A stretch of DNA of 22,548 bases from positions 19,812 to 42,359 of the forward strand of contig CAZYCQ010000028.1 of the NCBI GenBank assembly GCA_964645535.1, written 5' to 3'. A model generated the notes under the pieces. It searched no databases and was not told the DNA's origin. It saw only the letters and a list, made by a program, of their open reading frames with translations. Made by a program: the position numbers and the translations under genes. The DNA is from an uncultured archaeon (lineage in GTDB: Archaea > Asgardarchaeota > Heimdallarchaeia > Heimdallarchaeales > Kariarchaeaceae). Shown piece after piece: positions 7,936 to 17,138 of this stretch; the first letter of the stretch is position 1, and each line of letters begins with the position of its first letter.

Positions 7936-9911
7936 GACAATTTTTTCTTGACTATTGCAGAGACCACCTTACCATCTGCCTTTCCTTGGAATTTGGCCAT
8001 AGTTCTACCGATAATGAGACCCATTGCTCCAAGGCCTTTTGATTTGACAAGATCAAGATTTTGTTGAATGATCTCATCAACGACCTTTTCAATTTCATTT
8101 TGGTCAATGGGTTTAATGCTGAACTTTTCCACTGCTTCTTGTGGGGAAAGGGATTTTTTGGCTTCAGCGATTCCTTGGAGAATAGGGAGAATTGAAGCCT
8201 TTGTGATTTTCTTTTCACCAATTTGTCGGAAAATTTCCATAATGTGATCTTCTGTTATTTTATTGGTTTGAAATCCTTTGCGTCTCAAGTCCACTAGATC
8301 TTGAAGGAGAGTTGTCGCAACAAGAGTGGGTCGAACTCCAGTCTTATTGATTATTTCTTCGAACAATGAATTTTGCGGATGATTGTACAGTTGTTTTGCA
8401 ATGTCTTCGGGGAGTTTTAGAACCTCAATATATCGTTTTAATCGTTCTTCAGGCATTTCGAATTTAATTTCATCCACTTTTTCGATGAATTTCTCATCTA
8501 TATGGATGGGAGGAGCGTCGGTTTCGGGATACATCCGTGCTTGTCCTGGGAGAGGGCGAAGGAAACCAGTTGTTCCATCTGGTCGAGGAGCCCGAACTTC
8601 TGGTGGTAAGGGGTCTGAATCTAGCCATATTTTAATTATTCTTTTGATATTGTCAATAGAGTTTCTACCTATGTTTTCAGATCCAACAATAAGAATGAAA
8701 CCATCACCATTTTTCACATTGAGTATCTTTGCCACTTTGTCTTTTTCTTCCTGTGAAATCCCGAATTTTGGAAGTTCATCACTATGAAGTATTCCACCAG
8801 CCGAGGAAGTTACTTTGGCAATTTCTGAAAGTTCTGATCCAATACGATAGTCAGGTTGGAGCTCAAAACCGAGCAACTGATCCATTTTTGGCATTCTTGC
8901 GCCAATTACCTTGTTTTTTTTCTTGATTGCATTTGCGATGAATTTTGCTTTGCAGTTACGGAAAACTTCAGTCACATCAATAGCCTTTATTGAGGCAACT
9001 GTTCTTTTTGTAAATCCTCGTTCTTTGAGCAGTTCCAAAAATTCAAGCATGCGTGATTGTCGTATAGCTTCGTTTTTCACATAAGCAGGAAGGATATCCA
9101 AGTTTTGGACACCCTTGATTTCAATTCTTGTACCTCTCTTAATTGACACATTGATGTCCTGTCTGATTGTGCCAAGTCCTCTTTTTACAAATCCTGTGGT
9201 TCTCAAAAGAGTTCCAATTCTATAAGCTGTCTGGTAAACCTCTTCTGGAGAATTCATATCCGGACCAGTTGCAATTTCAATCAATGGAATTCCTAACCTG
9301 TCCAGCCTAAAGTATCGACCTTTTTCCGATCGTCCGACATTTTTTGCAGAATCTTCTTCGAGGTTGGCTTGATAAATATGGATTTTTTTATCACCTACCG
9401 TGATAAAGGAATTTTCTCCACCGAAGGCAATTTGAGCGGTTCGTTGGAAACCACTTGTGTTACTTCCATCAATAATCGTCTTTCTGCAAACTAGGATCTC
9501 ATCGAATATATTTAGATTGAACAGATTCTTAGCAATAGCAATTGATCGAAACAATGCTACAGGATTAATTGGAAAGATCGGTTCTTCATCAAGTTCGACA
9601 AGACAGGTTGTGTCAAAGTTGCCCTGATAGAAGATTTTTTGACTTTTTTTCTTCTCAAATTCTGCAGCCACATCGATTTTTCCTGTTTCTCCACTGACAG
9701 CTCTCAATTCCCTTTCAATTTCGAAGTCTGGATCATCTTCCCTGATGAGAGCTGGACAGGGACAGAAAAGCTTTGAGCCATGTTTCTTTTCAAGAAAAGA
9801 TGAATTTTCACCATAATAAGGTGCATAAAGTTGCTGGTGGAATTCAAGACCCACCATCAGACCTTCTTTTTCAAAATCAATTGTTTCTGGAGCCTTCTGA
9901 TTAACATTCAT
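7932..9911 (-). CDS. gatE: Glutamyl-tRNA(Gln) amidotransferase subunit E
   Basis: GLEFHQQL, KLFC, RKTIIDGSNTSGFQRTA, LDRLGIPLIEIAT, GLGTIRQDINVSI, RPLPGQARMYPETD. Start placed at ATG 9911 (ATGA overlap with the gatD stop, SD GGAGGT at 9920-9925) rather than 10016. Confidence 0.97.
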   Translation of the reverse strand: MNVNQKAPETIDFEKEGLMVGLEFHQQLYAPYYGENSSFLEKKHGSKLFCPCPALIREDDPDFEIERELRAVSGETGKIDVAAEFEKKKSQKIFYQGNFDTTCLVELDEEPIFPINPVALFRSIAIAKNLFNLNIFDEILVCRKTIIDGSNTSGFQRTAQIAFGGENSFITVGDKKIHIYQANLEEDSAKNVGRSEKGRYFRLDRLGIPLIEIATGPDMNSPEEVYQTAYRIGTLLRTTGFVKRGLGTIRQDINVSIKRGTRIEIKGVQNLDILPAYVKNEAIRQSRMLEFLELLKERGFTKRTVASIKAIDVTEVFRNCKAKFIANAIKKKNKVIGARMPKMDQLLGFELQPDYRIGSELSEIAKVTSSAGGILHSDELPKFGISQEEKDKVAKILNVKNGDGFILIVGSENIGRNSIDNIKRIIKIWLDSDPLPPEVRAPRPDGTTGFLRPLPGQARMYPETDAPPIHIDEKFIEKVDEIKFEMPEERLKRYIEVLKLPEDIAKQLYNHPQNSLFEEIINKTGVRPTLVATTLLQDLVDLRRKGFQTNKITEDHIMEIFRQIGEKKITKASILPILQGIAEAKKSLSPQEAVEKFSIKPIDQNEIEKVVDEIIQQNLDLVKSKGLGAMGLIIGRTMAKFQGKADGKVVSAIVKKKLS

Positions 9912-11281
9912 TTGAAATAACCTCCGAAATTGGTTTTCTCTGTAATTTCTCCGGCAATATTGGTTGTCATCAATTTCTTGACCTCTTCCATATTTTGTGT
10001 ATTTCCTAAAACCCAACCCAATTTAACGAGAGCAGTTTCAGAAATCATGTCACTTAAATATGTAACGCCTGCCTTATAATTCGTTCGAAGTGCTCGATAA
10101 ACGAAAGGATGTGTTCGTCCATATATGCATTGACTGGTCATGCCAACAAAGGCACCATCATCAATTGCTCTTTTCAGGGGTTCAGCCCAAGACCGTTCTT
10201 TTTCATCCTCAGGAGGATAGGTTGGAGTGTGACCCAACCCAGTTCCTTCAATAATGAATCCTTTGATACCTTTATCGATATACCAATCTAGGATTTCAGG
10301 AGAGATTCCTGGAAAGATCTTAATGAGGGCCACGTTTGGATCGTAATTTGTATTCAGTTGAACTTCTCTCTCTTTTCTTTTGGGAAGATCATTTCGAAGC
10401 ATAGTTATTTTCCCATCTTCCAATACTTTTGCATAGGGGATATCTCCAATTGTTTTGAATGCATCCCTTCTTGAAGTGTGCATCTTTCGAACCCTTGTTC
10501 CAGGAGATACAAGACAAGTATTATCATCAGTGGTTTCGTGCATGACAACACAGACTTTGGCAAAATCTGCCTTTCCAGCGACTCGTGCAGCAGAAATGAG
10601 ATTAAGCGCACCATCAAATGAACCTCTGTCAGACGATCGTTGGCCTCCAGTCATTGCAATTGGAGCAGGAAGGTTCTGTAACATAAAGCTAAGTGCAGCC
10701 GAGGTATATCCCATCATATCTGTTCCATGCATAATTACAATCCCATCAGTTTCTTCTTCGAATTCTTTTGCTGCTGCTTCTGCAATGACTTGCCATTGTT
10801 TGTAACCGATATCTTCGCTAGCCATTTGAAAAAGAGGGATTATTGATTTAAAAGCCACTTCATCGAATAGTTCTGGAAGGCTAGCAAAAACCTCTTCAGG
10901 TTTACTGGCCATAAACACGCCTCCAGTAAGGTAATCAATTCTACTCGCGATTGTTCCGCCAGTTGCTAGAAGCGAGATTTGGGGAAGGTCTTCCTTTTGT
11001 TTCAAGCGGATTTTTGGAAATTTTTCAAGTCGAAAGGATTCACCACCAGTTTGAATCTTCAAATCCTTTGAATATTTGATTCCTACATTATAACCATTTT
11101 TTTGTTTAAGGATTATTACGTCGGGATCCCCCATTTCTGTTTGAGGGAGAAGATTCCCTTCGATTCTTGCATCCGTAGTTTCTATCAGGAGGTGGTCTCC
11201 AACCTTAACGTTTAAGTTTGAAAAAAGCTGGATTAGTTCTTTTGAATAATTTCCATATGCGTGAACAGTTTTTGTGGTCAT
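9908..11281 (-). CDS. gatD: Glutamyl-tRNA(Gln) amidotransferase subunit D
   Basis: LKQKNGYNVG N-domain, TGGTIASRIDY, HGTDMM, QRSSDRGS, RKMHTSRRDAF, GTGLGH; translationally coupled to gatE. Confidence 0.97.
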   Translation of the reverse strand: MTTKTVHAYGNYSKELIQLFSNLNVKVGDHLLIETTDARIEGNLLPQTEMGDPDVIILKQKNGYNVGIKYSKDLKIQTGGESFRLEKFPKIRLKQKEDLPQISLLATGGTIASRIDYLTGGVFMASKPEEVFASLPELFDEVAFKSIIPLFQMASEDIGYKQWQVIAEAAAKEFEEETDGIVIMHGTDMMGYTSAALSFMLQNLPAPIAMTGGQRSSDRGSFDGALNLISAARVAGKADFAKVCVVMHETTDDNTCLVSPGTRVRKMHTSRRDAFKTIGDIPYAKVLEDGKITMLRNDLPKRKEREVQLNTNYDPNVALIKIFPGISPEILDWYIDKGIKGFIIEGTGLGHTPTYPPEDEKERSWAEPLKRAIDDGAFVGMTSQCIYGRTHPFVYRALRTNYKAGVTYLSDMISETALVKLGWVLGNTQNMEEVKKLMTTNIAGEITEKTNFGGYFK

Positions 11282-11335
11282 ATCTTGACATGATTTGAGA
11301 ATAGGGCTTTATTTATGTCCTGATGGATTCAGGTT

Positions 11336-11764
11336 TTAAGGTGCAGCTTTTTTTTGCTGTTCCTTAAAGGATTCCCAAATCGCCTTGATTCGGTCTGCAA
11401 CAATGCCTTCACCAGTAACGCCATCTTCATTGACTTTAAATCGATCCATAACCATGATAGTGTGTGAATCCTCATACAGCTTAACGTTTTCAGGGCGGAA
11501 TACTTTGGACAATTCTTGTGCAAGTCCAAAAATATCAAAAGGAACTTCACCCAAAGTTATGAAGGCAACAATATCACCAGATATGAAAATCTTGAAAAAT
11601 TTCTTATTTTCCTCACTGATGGCATCGTTCAGAACCAAAGAAAAATCCTCGTTGATACCACGAAGAATTCCAGTGAATGTATGACCATCTTTTGTTTTTA
11701 CAACAACCTTTTTGTTGAAAAGACTTCTCATTTCCGTAAGAAATGTACGGGAAGATTGACTCAT
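11336..11764 (-). CDS. Sm-like (Lsm) RNA-binding protein with C-terminal extension, SmAP3 type
   Basis: Sm1 (KKVVVKTKDGHTFTGILRGINEDFSLVLNDA) and Sm2 (IFISGDIVAFI) followed by a ~65-aa domain (FDIFGLAQELSKVFRPENVK…). Confidence 0.88.
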   Translation of the reverse strand: MSQSSRTFLTEMRSLFNKKVVVKTKDGHTFTGILRGINEDFSLVLNDAISEENKKFFKIFISGDIVAFITLGEVPFDIFGLAQELSKVFRPENVKLYEDSHTIMVMDRFKVNEDGVTGEGIVADRIKAIWESFKEQQKKAAP

Positions 11765-11884
11765 AACTGAAAAAACGATCAGGGTTTCTTAAGTTTTTTA
11801 AAAAAGAACAGACAGGATTGAAGGAAGATATTTGGATTTGCGCGGCTTAGGAATAATTATTAGGAAAATTTCAGATAGCAACTT

Positions 11885-13453
11885 GTGTCTTTTGAAATCA
11901 GAAAGTGGGATGGTATCGCAAAATCAGGGATATTCAAAGTAGGAGAAAAATCAATCAACACCCCTGCAATATTTCCAGTCGTACATCCGGTTTTTCAATC
12001 AATTAAACCTTCGAGACTTAAGAAGGAGTTTGGTTTCAACCAGATTATCACTTCTGCATACCTGTTAAAGAAAAAAATGGATAAAGGAACATCAGTAAAC
12101 CGTATCCATGATTATCTTGAATTTGATGGAGTAATTATGATGGATTCTGGTGCGTATCAGCTCATGGTTTACGGAGATGTTGAATTAGACCAACAAACTT
12201 CCATGGAACTTCAAAGAAAAGTTGGGGCAGATATAGGAGTAATCCTTGACTATCCCATTGGTTATGATGTAAGTTATCAAGAAGCGCAACAGCGAGTGGC
12301 AACAACAATTGAAAGGGTGCAAGAGGCAATGGATTCGATGGGGAACAATGATCCCATTTGGACCCTGCCAATCCAAGGAGGAAAATTTGATGGATTGATT
12401 GGAGAATATATCGAACATATTGGAAACAAGGAGGTCTATGAAAAGTTTGATTTTTTTGCTTTAGGAAGTGTGGTTCAAGTCATGATCAACCAAGACTATC
12501 CAACCATGGTCAAAATGATCATTGCTGCTAGGAAGAAATTGCCTGTGAACAAGCCATTACATCTATTTGGAGCAGGTCATCCTGCAATGTTTGCATTGGC
12601 AGTATTTCTTGGATGTGATACTTTTGATTCTGCAGCCTATAGTCTGATGGCAAAGGATAATAGGTATATGACAAGCCAAAGAACATACCAACTTGAAGAA
12701 TTAGAGGTTCTTCCGTGTGTTTGTCCAGTATGCAGCTCAATAGACGCTAAAGAATTCAAGTCAAAGCAGAAGGATGAACGAATAAGATTGCTAGCTGAAC
12801 ATAACTTATGGATTACACAAGACGAGATCAAAAAAATTCATCTTGCCATAAGCAGAGGGACTATGTGGGATTTAGTTTGGGAACGAGCCAATTCTGTCCC
12901 TAACCTTGGAAAAGCAACAAAGCTTGCATTTCAATTGTATCTTGAAGATGAAGAGTTGAGAAAATTAATTCTTGATGGAACACCAATATCAAAACCTTAT
13001 GCAATTAAAATTTTTAGAAATGAAGATTTAATGAGACCTGAAGTGTATAAGGTGAGAAGTTGGATTGAAGGATATCTTTCTGAAAGAAACATCATTGATC
13101 CCATCATTATCTTTCTTGATCCTGACAAATCATCATTCAGAAAACTTCCTGAATCAGAATTGAAAGGTTTAGATGAAGAGCTTGTTAAGAAGCTGGTTGT
13201 TTTTAATCCAGTTTATGGAATGATACCATATGGAATTTTGGAAGTTTTTCCTGTTAGCCAACACACGTCGGAATTAAATTTTGAGGAAATAGGTGTCAAT
13301 TACTACAAAGAGGAAGTGAAGGCCTTTCATGGGCATATCACGGTGATTAGATCTCAAAAATGGACAAAGGAAAGGATTGGGAAAATTCTTGGAAGTCAGG
13401 AATTTGAAGAGATAGTTTCCGATAAACCAGTGTCCATACTCAAATCTCTTTAG
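11885..13453 (+). CDS. tgtA: 7-cyano-7-deazaguanine (archaeosine, G15) tRNA-guanine transglycosylase
   Basis: TPAIFPVV, MMDSGAYQ, IQGG, HLFGAGHP, GCDTFDSAAY, Zn site CVCPVC…HNL; GTG start. Confidence 0.95.
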   Translation: MSFEIRKWDGIAKSGIFKVGEKSINTPAIFPVVHPVFQSIKPSRLKKEFGFNQIITSAYLLKKKMDKGTSVNRIHDYLEFDGVIMMDSGAYQLMVYGDVELDQQTSMELQRKVGADIGVILDYPIGYDVSYQEAQQRVATTIERVQEAMDSMGNNDPIWTLPIQGGKFDGLIGEYIEHIGNKEVYEKFDFFALGSVVQVMINQDYPTMVKMIIAARKKLPVNKPLHLFGAGHPAMFALAVFLGCDTFDSAAYSLMAKDNRYMTSQRTYQLEELEVLPCVCPVCSSIDAKEFKSKQKDERIRLLAEHNLWITQDEIKKIHLAISRGTMWDLVWERANSVPNLGKATKLAFQLYLEDEELRKLILDGTPISKPYAIKIFRNEDLMRPEVYKVRSWIEGYLSERNIIDPIIIFLDPDKSSFRKLPESELKGLDEELVKKLVVFNPVYGMIPYGILEVFPVSQHTSELNFEEIGVNYYKEEVKAFHGHITVIRSQKWTKERIGKILGSQEFEEIVSDKPVSILKSL

Positions 13454-15591
13454 ATTCTTTCAACTGAGGGAATTCCAAGAAGTTCAAGACCTTTGGAAAG
13501 ACCCTTTTTTACTGCAGCAACCACGACAAGAAAATTATTTTTCATTTCATTGTCTGCCTTTAGAATGGGGTTTTTCTCATAGAATTTCATAAACTGCTGA
13601 GAAAGAAGAACACACCAATTTGCAATTTTAGATGGATTCATAAGTTCAACAGCTTCATGCACTTTTTCTTTGAAAGATGAAAGCGTTTCAATAAGGTCAG
13701 ATACATCTTTGTTTTTTGCAAGTTCCAAGAAGTTCACTTTTTCTATGGAAGGGGTAATTTCCGCCTTTCTAAGGATGCCGGAAGCTCGAGCATGTGCATA
13801 AAGCACAAATGGTCCAGAATTTCTTTTGAAATCAAGTTCTCTGTCAAGATCCAAGACAATTTTTTTGTTTGGATCTGTCTCAACAAGAGGAAAACGGGTA
13901 CTTGCCAGTGTCACAGCAGTCAAAATTTCTTCTTCTTCTTCCCAACTTTCATCTTGCAATTGACGTGATGAGGCTTTTTTAGCCAGTCTTGCACGAACCT
14001 TGGTTTCATCATAATATTCATCTGCGGTGATATAGATTGCTTGTCGTCCACTCATTTTCCTCCCAAGGAGTTCAACAAGTCCATAGCTGTAATGAATGAG
14101 GTTTTTGGCGATGTTTTTGTATCCCAATTGATAGAGTGGAAGTAACATTTGGAATTGCGGAAGGGCCTGTTCATCACTAATGACATTGAAGACCTTTTCT
14201 GGTTTGTGTTTCTCGAATTTTCTGATGGAGTAAGCTATATCTTTCATAGGGTACAGAGCAGTTCCATCGCTACGTGTTAGTTGAAGATCAGGAACACCTG
14301 ATTTAAAGGGAATTGATTTTTTGTTGATTTTTAGTTCCTTATACATCTTGTTCAGAAGGTCAGAAGGATAGGTGAAACGGGTGCTCCCGTCATCCAATAT
14401 CTTTGTGTTGCTGAATTTCTGCATCTTCTTGACCAATTGTTTCGGTAAACCACTCCAAGTAATGTCGGATTCAAAATCAAATTGATCAAATTCAATGTTG
14501 AACCGTTTCAATGTCCATTTAAATGAAGAAAGTGCCCAATTGGCAACTTCTCGGAATAAAGAATTGACATGTTCATCATCTCCCCTTTCATATTTTTCTA
14601 AGTAGGCAGAAGTTTTTTCGATTAAGTCAAATTTAGATATTTCATTATTGAGAGGTTCAAAAAGGTCTGGAAAACGATTTTTCAGGGATATCAGAGTATT
14701 TTGATATTTATTGGCTTCATTGGCTTCCTCCTTTAGTTTTACAATGGTACGGTTTAATTGAACGATTTTCTTTTTCTGTTTTGATGCTTCCAGTTGGATT
14801 ATTTCGTTTTCCAGTTGTTGAATTTTATTTTCATAGTGCATTTGTATTTTCTCAATATCTTGAGGTGTAAACATATACATTTGGGAGTAATCTTCTGCTG
14901 TTACAGGGATTCCTTCTTTTTTGGCCTTTGTTTTGATGGATTGAATGGTGTAGAAGGCATTCATAATCGCATATACTTTCCCTATCCAATGGTCGAACTT
15001 AATATCGGGATAAATTTCTTTCTTTTTGAGAATCTCATATCCGATTATTGTAAATCCAATCTGAAGACCTACATCATTGACATAAAAATGACGTCTAACA
15101 TCATAACCTGTTGCTTGAAGAAGACGAGCAAATGTATCTCCTTGAATTGAATTTCTTAGGTTCCCAACATGAAGTGGAGCAATAGGATTTGCAGATGTAT
15201 GTTCAACGATGACGGTCTTGCCTTTGTGAGTTTCATATCTTCCGAAAGAATTCGATAAAATCTTTTCAATGGTTTGTTTCATTTCTTCCGCCAAAAATTG
15301 AGTTTGTTTGGCTGGATCAACTTTCAAATTAAGAAAGACCAATGTGTGCTTACCCTTTTGATTTTCAGTGACAAAGAATGATTCTAGCATGGGAATTGAT
15401 TGGATAAGTTGGGATCCAAGGTTTTCAGCAAAAGCAATTGGATCATTTGTTTTTGCTATCGGATTGATAATAAAGGCATAATCCGCCTTATCAGATAAGG
15501 ATTTGATTGTTTTTTCAAGTTTAATGGGTTTTGTGTTTCCAATAATTTCCTGGAGATATTGATTTATCAATTCCTCGAGTTTATCCTTCAT
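13450..15591 (-). CDS. argS: Arginine--tRNA ligase with a long helical insertion
   Basis: VEHTSANPIAPLHVGNLRN (HIGH equivalent), RSDGTALY, KMSGR, GPFVLYAHARASGILRK, C-terminal LLGIPSVERI. Confidence 0.96.
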   Translation of the reverse strand: MKDKLEELINQYLQEIIGNTKPIKLEKTIKSLSDKADYAFIINPIAKTNDPIAFAENLGSQLIQSIPMLESFFVTENQKGKHTLVFLNLKVDPAKQTQFLAEEMKQTIEKILSNSFGRYETHKGKTVIVEHTSANPIAPLHVGNLRNSIQGDTFARLLQATGYDVRRHFYVNDVGLQIGFTIIGYEILKKKEIYPDIKFDHWIGKVYAIMNAFYTIQSIKTKAKKEGIPVTAEDYSQMYMFTPQDIEKIQMHYENKIQQLENEIIQLEASKQKKKIVQLNRTIVKLKEEANEANKYQNTLISLKNRFPDLFEPLNNEISKFDLIEKTSAYLEKYERGDDEHVNSLFREVANWALSSFKWTLKRFNIEFDQFDFESDITWSGLPKQLVKKMQKFSNTKILDDGSTRFTYPSDLLNKMYKELKINKKSIPFKSGVPDLQLTRSDGTALYPMKDIAYSIRKFEKHKPEKVFNVISDEQALPQFQMLLPLYQLGYKNIAKNLIHYSYGLVELLGRKMSGRQAIYITADEYYDETKVRARLAKKASSRQLQDESWEEEEEILTAVTLASTRFPLVETDPNKKIVLDLDRELDFKRNSGPFVLYAHARASGILRKAEITPSIEKVNFLELAKNKDVSDLIETLSSFKEKVHEAVELMNPSKIANWCVLLSQQFMKFYEKNPILKADNEMKNNFLVVVAAVKKGLSKGLELLGIPSVERI

Positions 15592-15653
15592 TTCATATGG
15601 CTAATCATTTCAGGTCAATTAATATTTGTGTTGGATTCTCTTTTGGGGAAGTT

Positions 15654-16559
15654 CTATGACTTGTAAATTTCCATGATTTTATTTAAGAGATCAATTGCTT
15701 CATCCTTCTTTCTCTGGAAGCTATTGCGTCCAATAATGGATCCGAAGCCACCTCCCTCATGGATTTGGGAGATTTCTTCCAAGATTGCATCGACACCTTT
15801 AGCTGGTCCTCCAGAAAAGATGACTATTCTTTTTCCATCAAATGCAGATTGGATAACATGTGAAACTCGATCGGAAAGTGAGTCTTTGGGAATGGATTCA
15901 TAGTATGGCTGTGCCTCTTTTAGTGCGATGTGTGAAGAGGGAGGTTTGACTTTAATCAGGTCTGCACCCATTTGGGCAGCTATTTGGGCAGCATAGGCAA
16001 CTACATCCAAAGCTGTCTCATCCTTTTTTGTAAGGTTTTCGCCTCTTGGATATGACCATACAACAGCAGCAAGTCCAACATCATGGGCGTCCCTAATGAA
16101 GTCCCGTAATTCATGAAACAGATCATTGGTATAGGCAGTTCCTGGATAGATTGTGAATCCCACTGCGGAGCAACCCAATTCTAGAGCGTCTTGGATGCTA
16201 GAAGTCAAGGCAGACTTAGGGTTTTTGGTTTTGTAGAGTGAGTTGTTGTTGTTGACCTTTAAAATCAGAGGAATTTGACCAGGATATTCGTTTGCAGCCA
16301 TCTGTATAAAGCCCAATGGAGCTGCATAGGCATTTAGCCCCGCCTCAATTGCAAGTTCTATGTGATAAAGAGGATCATATCCAGCAGGGTTTGGTGCGAA
16401 TGATCTTGCAGGACCATGTTCAAATCCTTGATCTACAGGAAGAATGACCATTTTTCCTGTTCCAGCGAGTTTTCCTGTTTCCAGCATCTTCCTGATATTT
16501 CCTCTAACACCAGGATTAAGATGACCATACCATCGGAGTATTTCATTTGTTCTGCTCAT
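15654..16559 (-). CDS. fbaB: Class I fructose-bisphosphate aldolase (DhnA/FbaB type)
   Basis: ILPVDQGFEHGP, SAVGFTIYPG, VWSYPRG, GADLIKVK (Schiff-base Lys), IFSGG, GSIIGRNSFQR. Confidence 0.95.
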   Translation of the reverse strand: MSRTNEILRWYGHLNPGVRGNIRKMLETGKLAGTGKMVILPVDQGFEHGPARSFAPNPAGYDPLYHIELAIEAGLNAYAAPLGFIQMAANEYPGQIPLILKVNNNNSLYKTKNPKSALTSSIQDALELGCSAVGFTIYPGTAYTNDLFHELRDFIRDAHDVGLAAVVWSYPRGENLTKKDETALDVVAYAAQIAAQMGADLIKVKPPSSHIALKEAQPYYESIPKDSLSDRVSHVIQSAFDGKRIVIFSGGPAKGVDAILEEISQIHEGGGFGSIIGRNSFQRKKDEAIDLLNKIMEIYKS

Positions 16560-16664
16560 CAGGTAGATTCCCTTAAATTTGATATAATAGGTTTTGGAAA
16601 GGTTTTGGTTCTTTTCAAATATATTTTCTGACTTTAAATAAGTAAAGAATCATGTTATTGCATA

Positions 16665-17138
16665 ATGTTGGACAAAATTTTTGGAGGCAAAGAAGGTTTC
16701 AAGCAGACATCTTCATTTTCTAGCACCATTGCAGAACGGCGATGTGAAATTCAAATTATAATCATAATTGATTCATCAGGGAAAGGAGTGTTTTCCTATG
16801 TTCCAGAAACATCTAAAATTCATGTGGATGAGAGCCTTGTGTCAATGTTCATTTCAGCAATAAACAATTTCTCGCAAGAGATATTCAATCAGGAAAGTAA
16901 TCCATCAATAGTTGTTGATCATGGTAGTCTGTCCATTCTTGTGGAGAGCAAGGAAGAATTTTGTGTAGCTGTGATTGGGAGGAATCCGAATGAAGAGTTG
17001 AAAAAGGCAGTTCTTGCAACTTTGGAATTTGTAAATCTATTTTATAAAGATATTGACTTTTCAATTGGAGACAATAATTTTGAAATGGATATGCATTTAT
17101 TTGTTAAACAAAGGTTCAGGAAATTTATCGAGAGTTGA
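16665..17138 (+). CDS. Longin-like domain protein (Asgard eukaryotic-signature type)
   Basis: beta-beta-alpha-beta-beta-beta-alpha pattern: IIIIDSSGKGVFSY…DESLVSMFISAINNFSQEIF…IVVDHGSLSILVE…FCVAVI; TATA TTTAAATA upstream. Confidence 0.65.
   Translation: MLDKIFGGKEGFKQTSSFSSTIAERRCEIQIIIIIDSSGKGVFSYVPETSKIHVDESLVSMFISAINNFSQEIFNQESNPSIVVDHGSLSILVESKEEFCVAVIGRNPNEELKKAVLATLEFVNLFYKDIDFSIGDNNFEMDMHLFVKQRFRKFIES

Noticed and set aside
9912-10016. 35-aa N-terminal extension of GatE in the ORF track
   Set aside because: Overlaps gatD; ATG 9911 has an SD and ATGA coupling.
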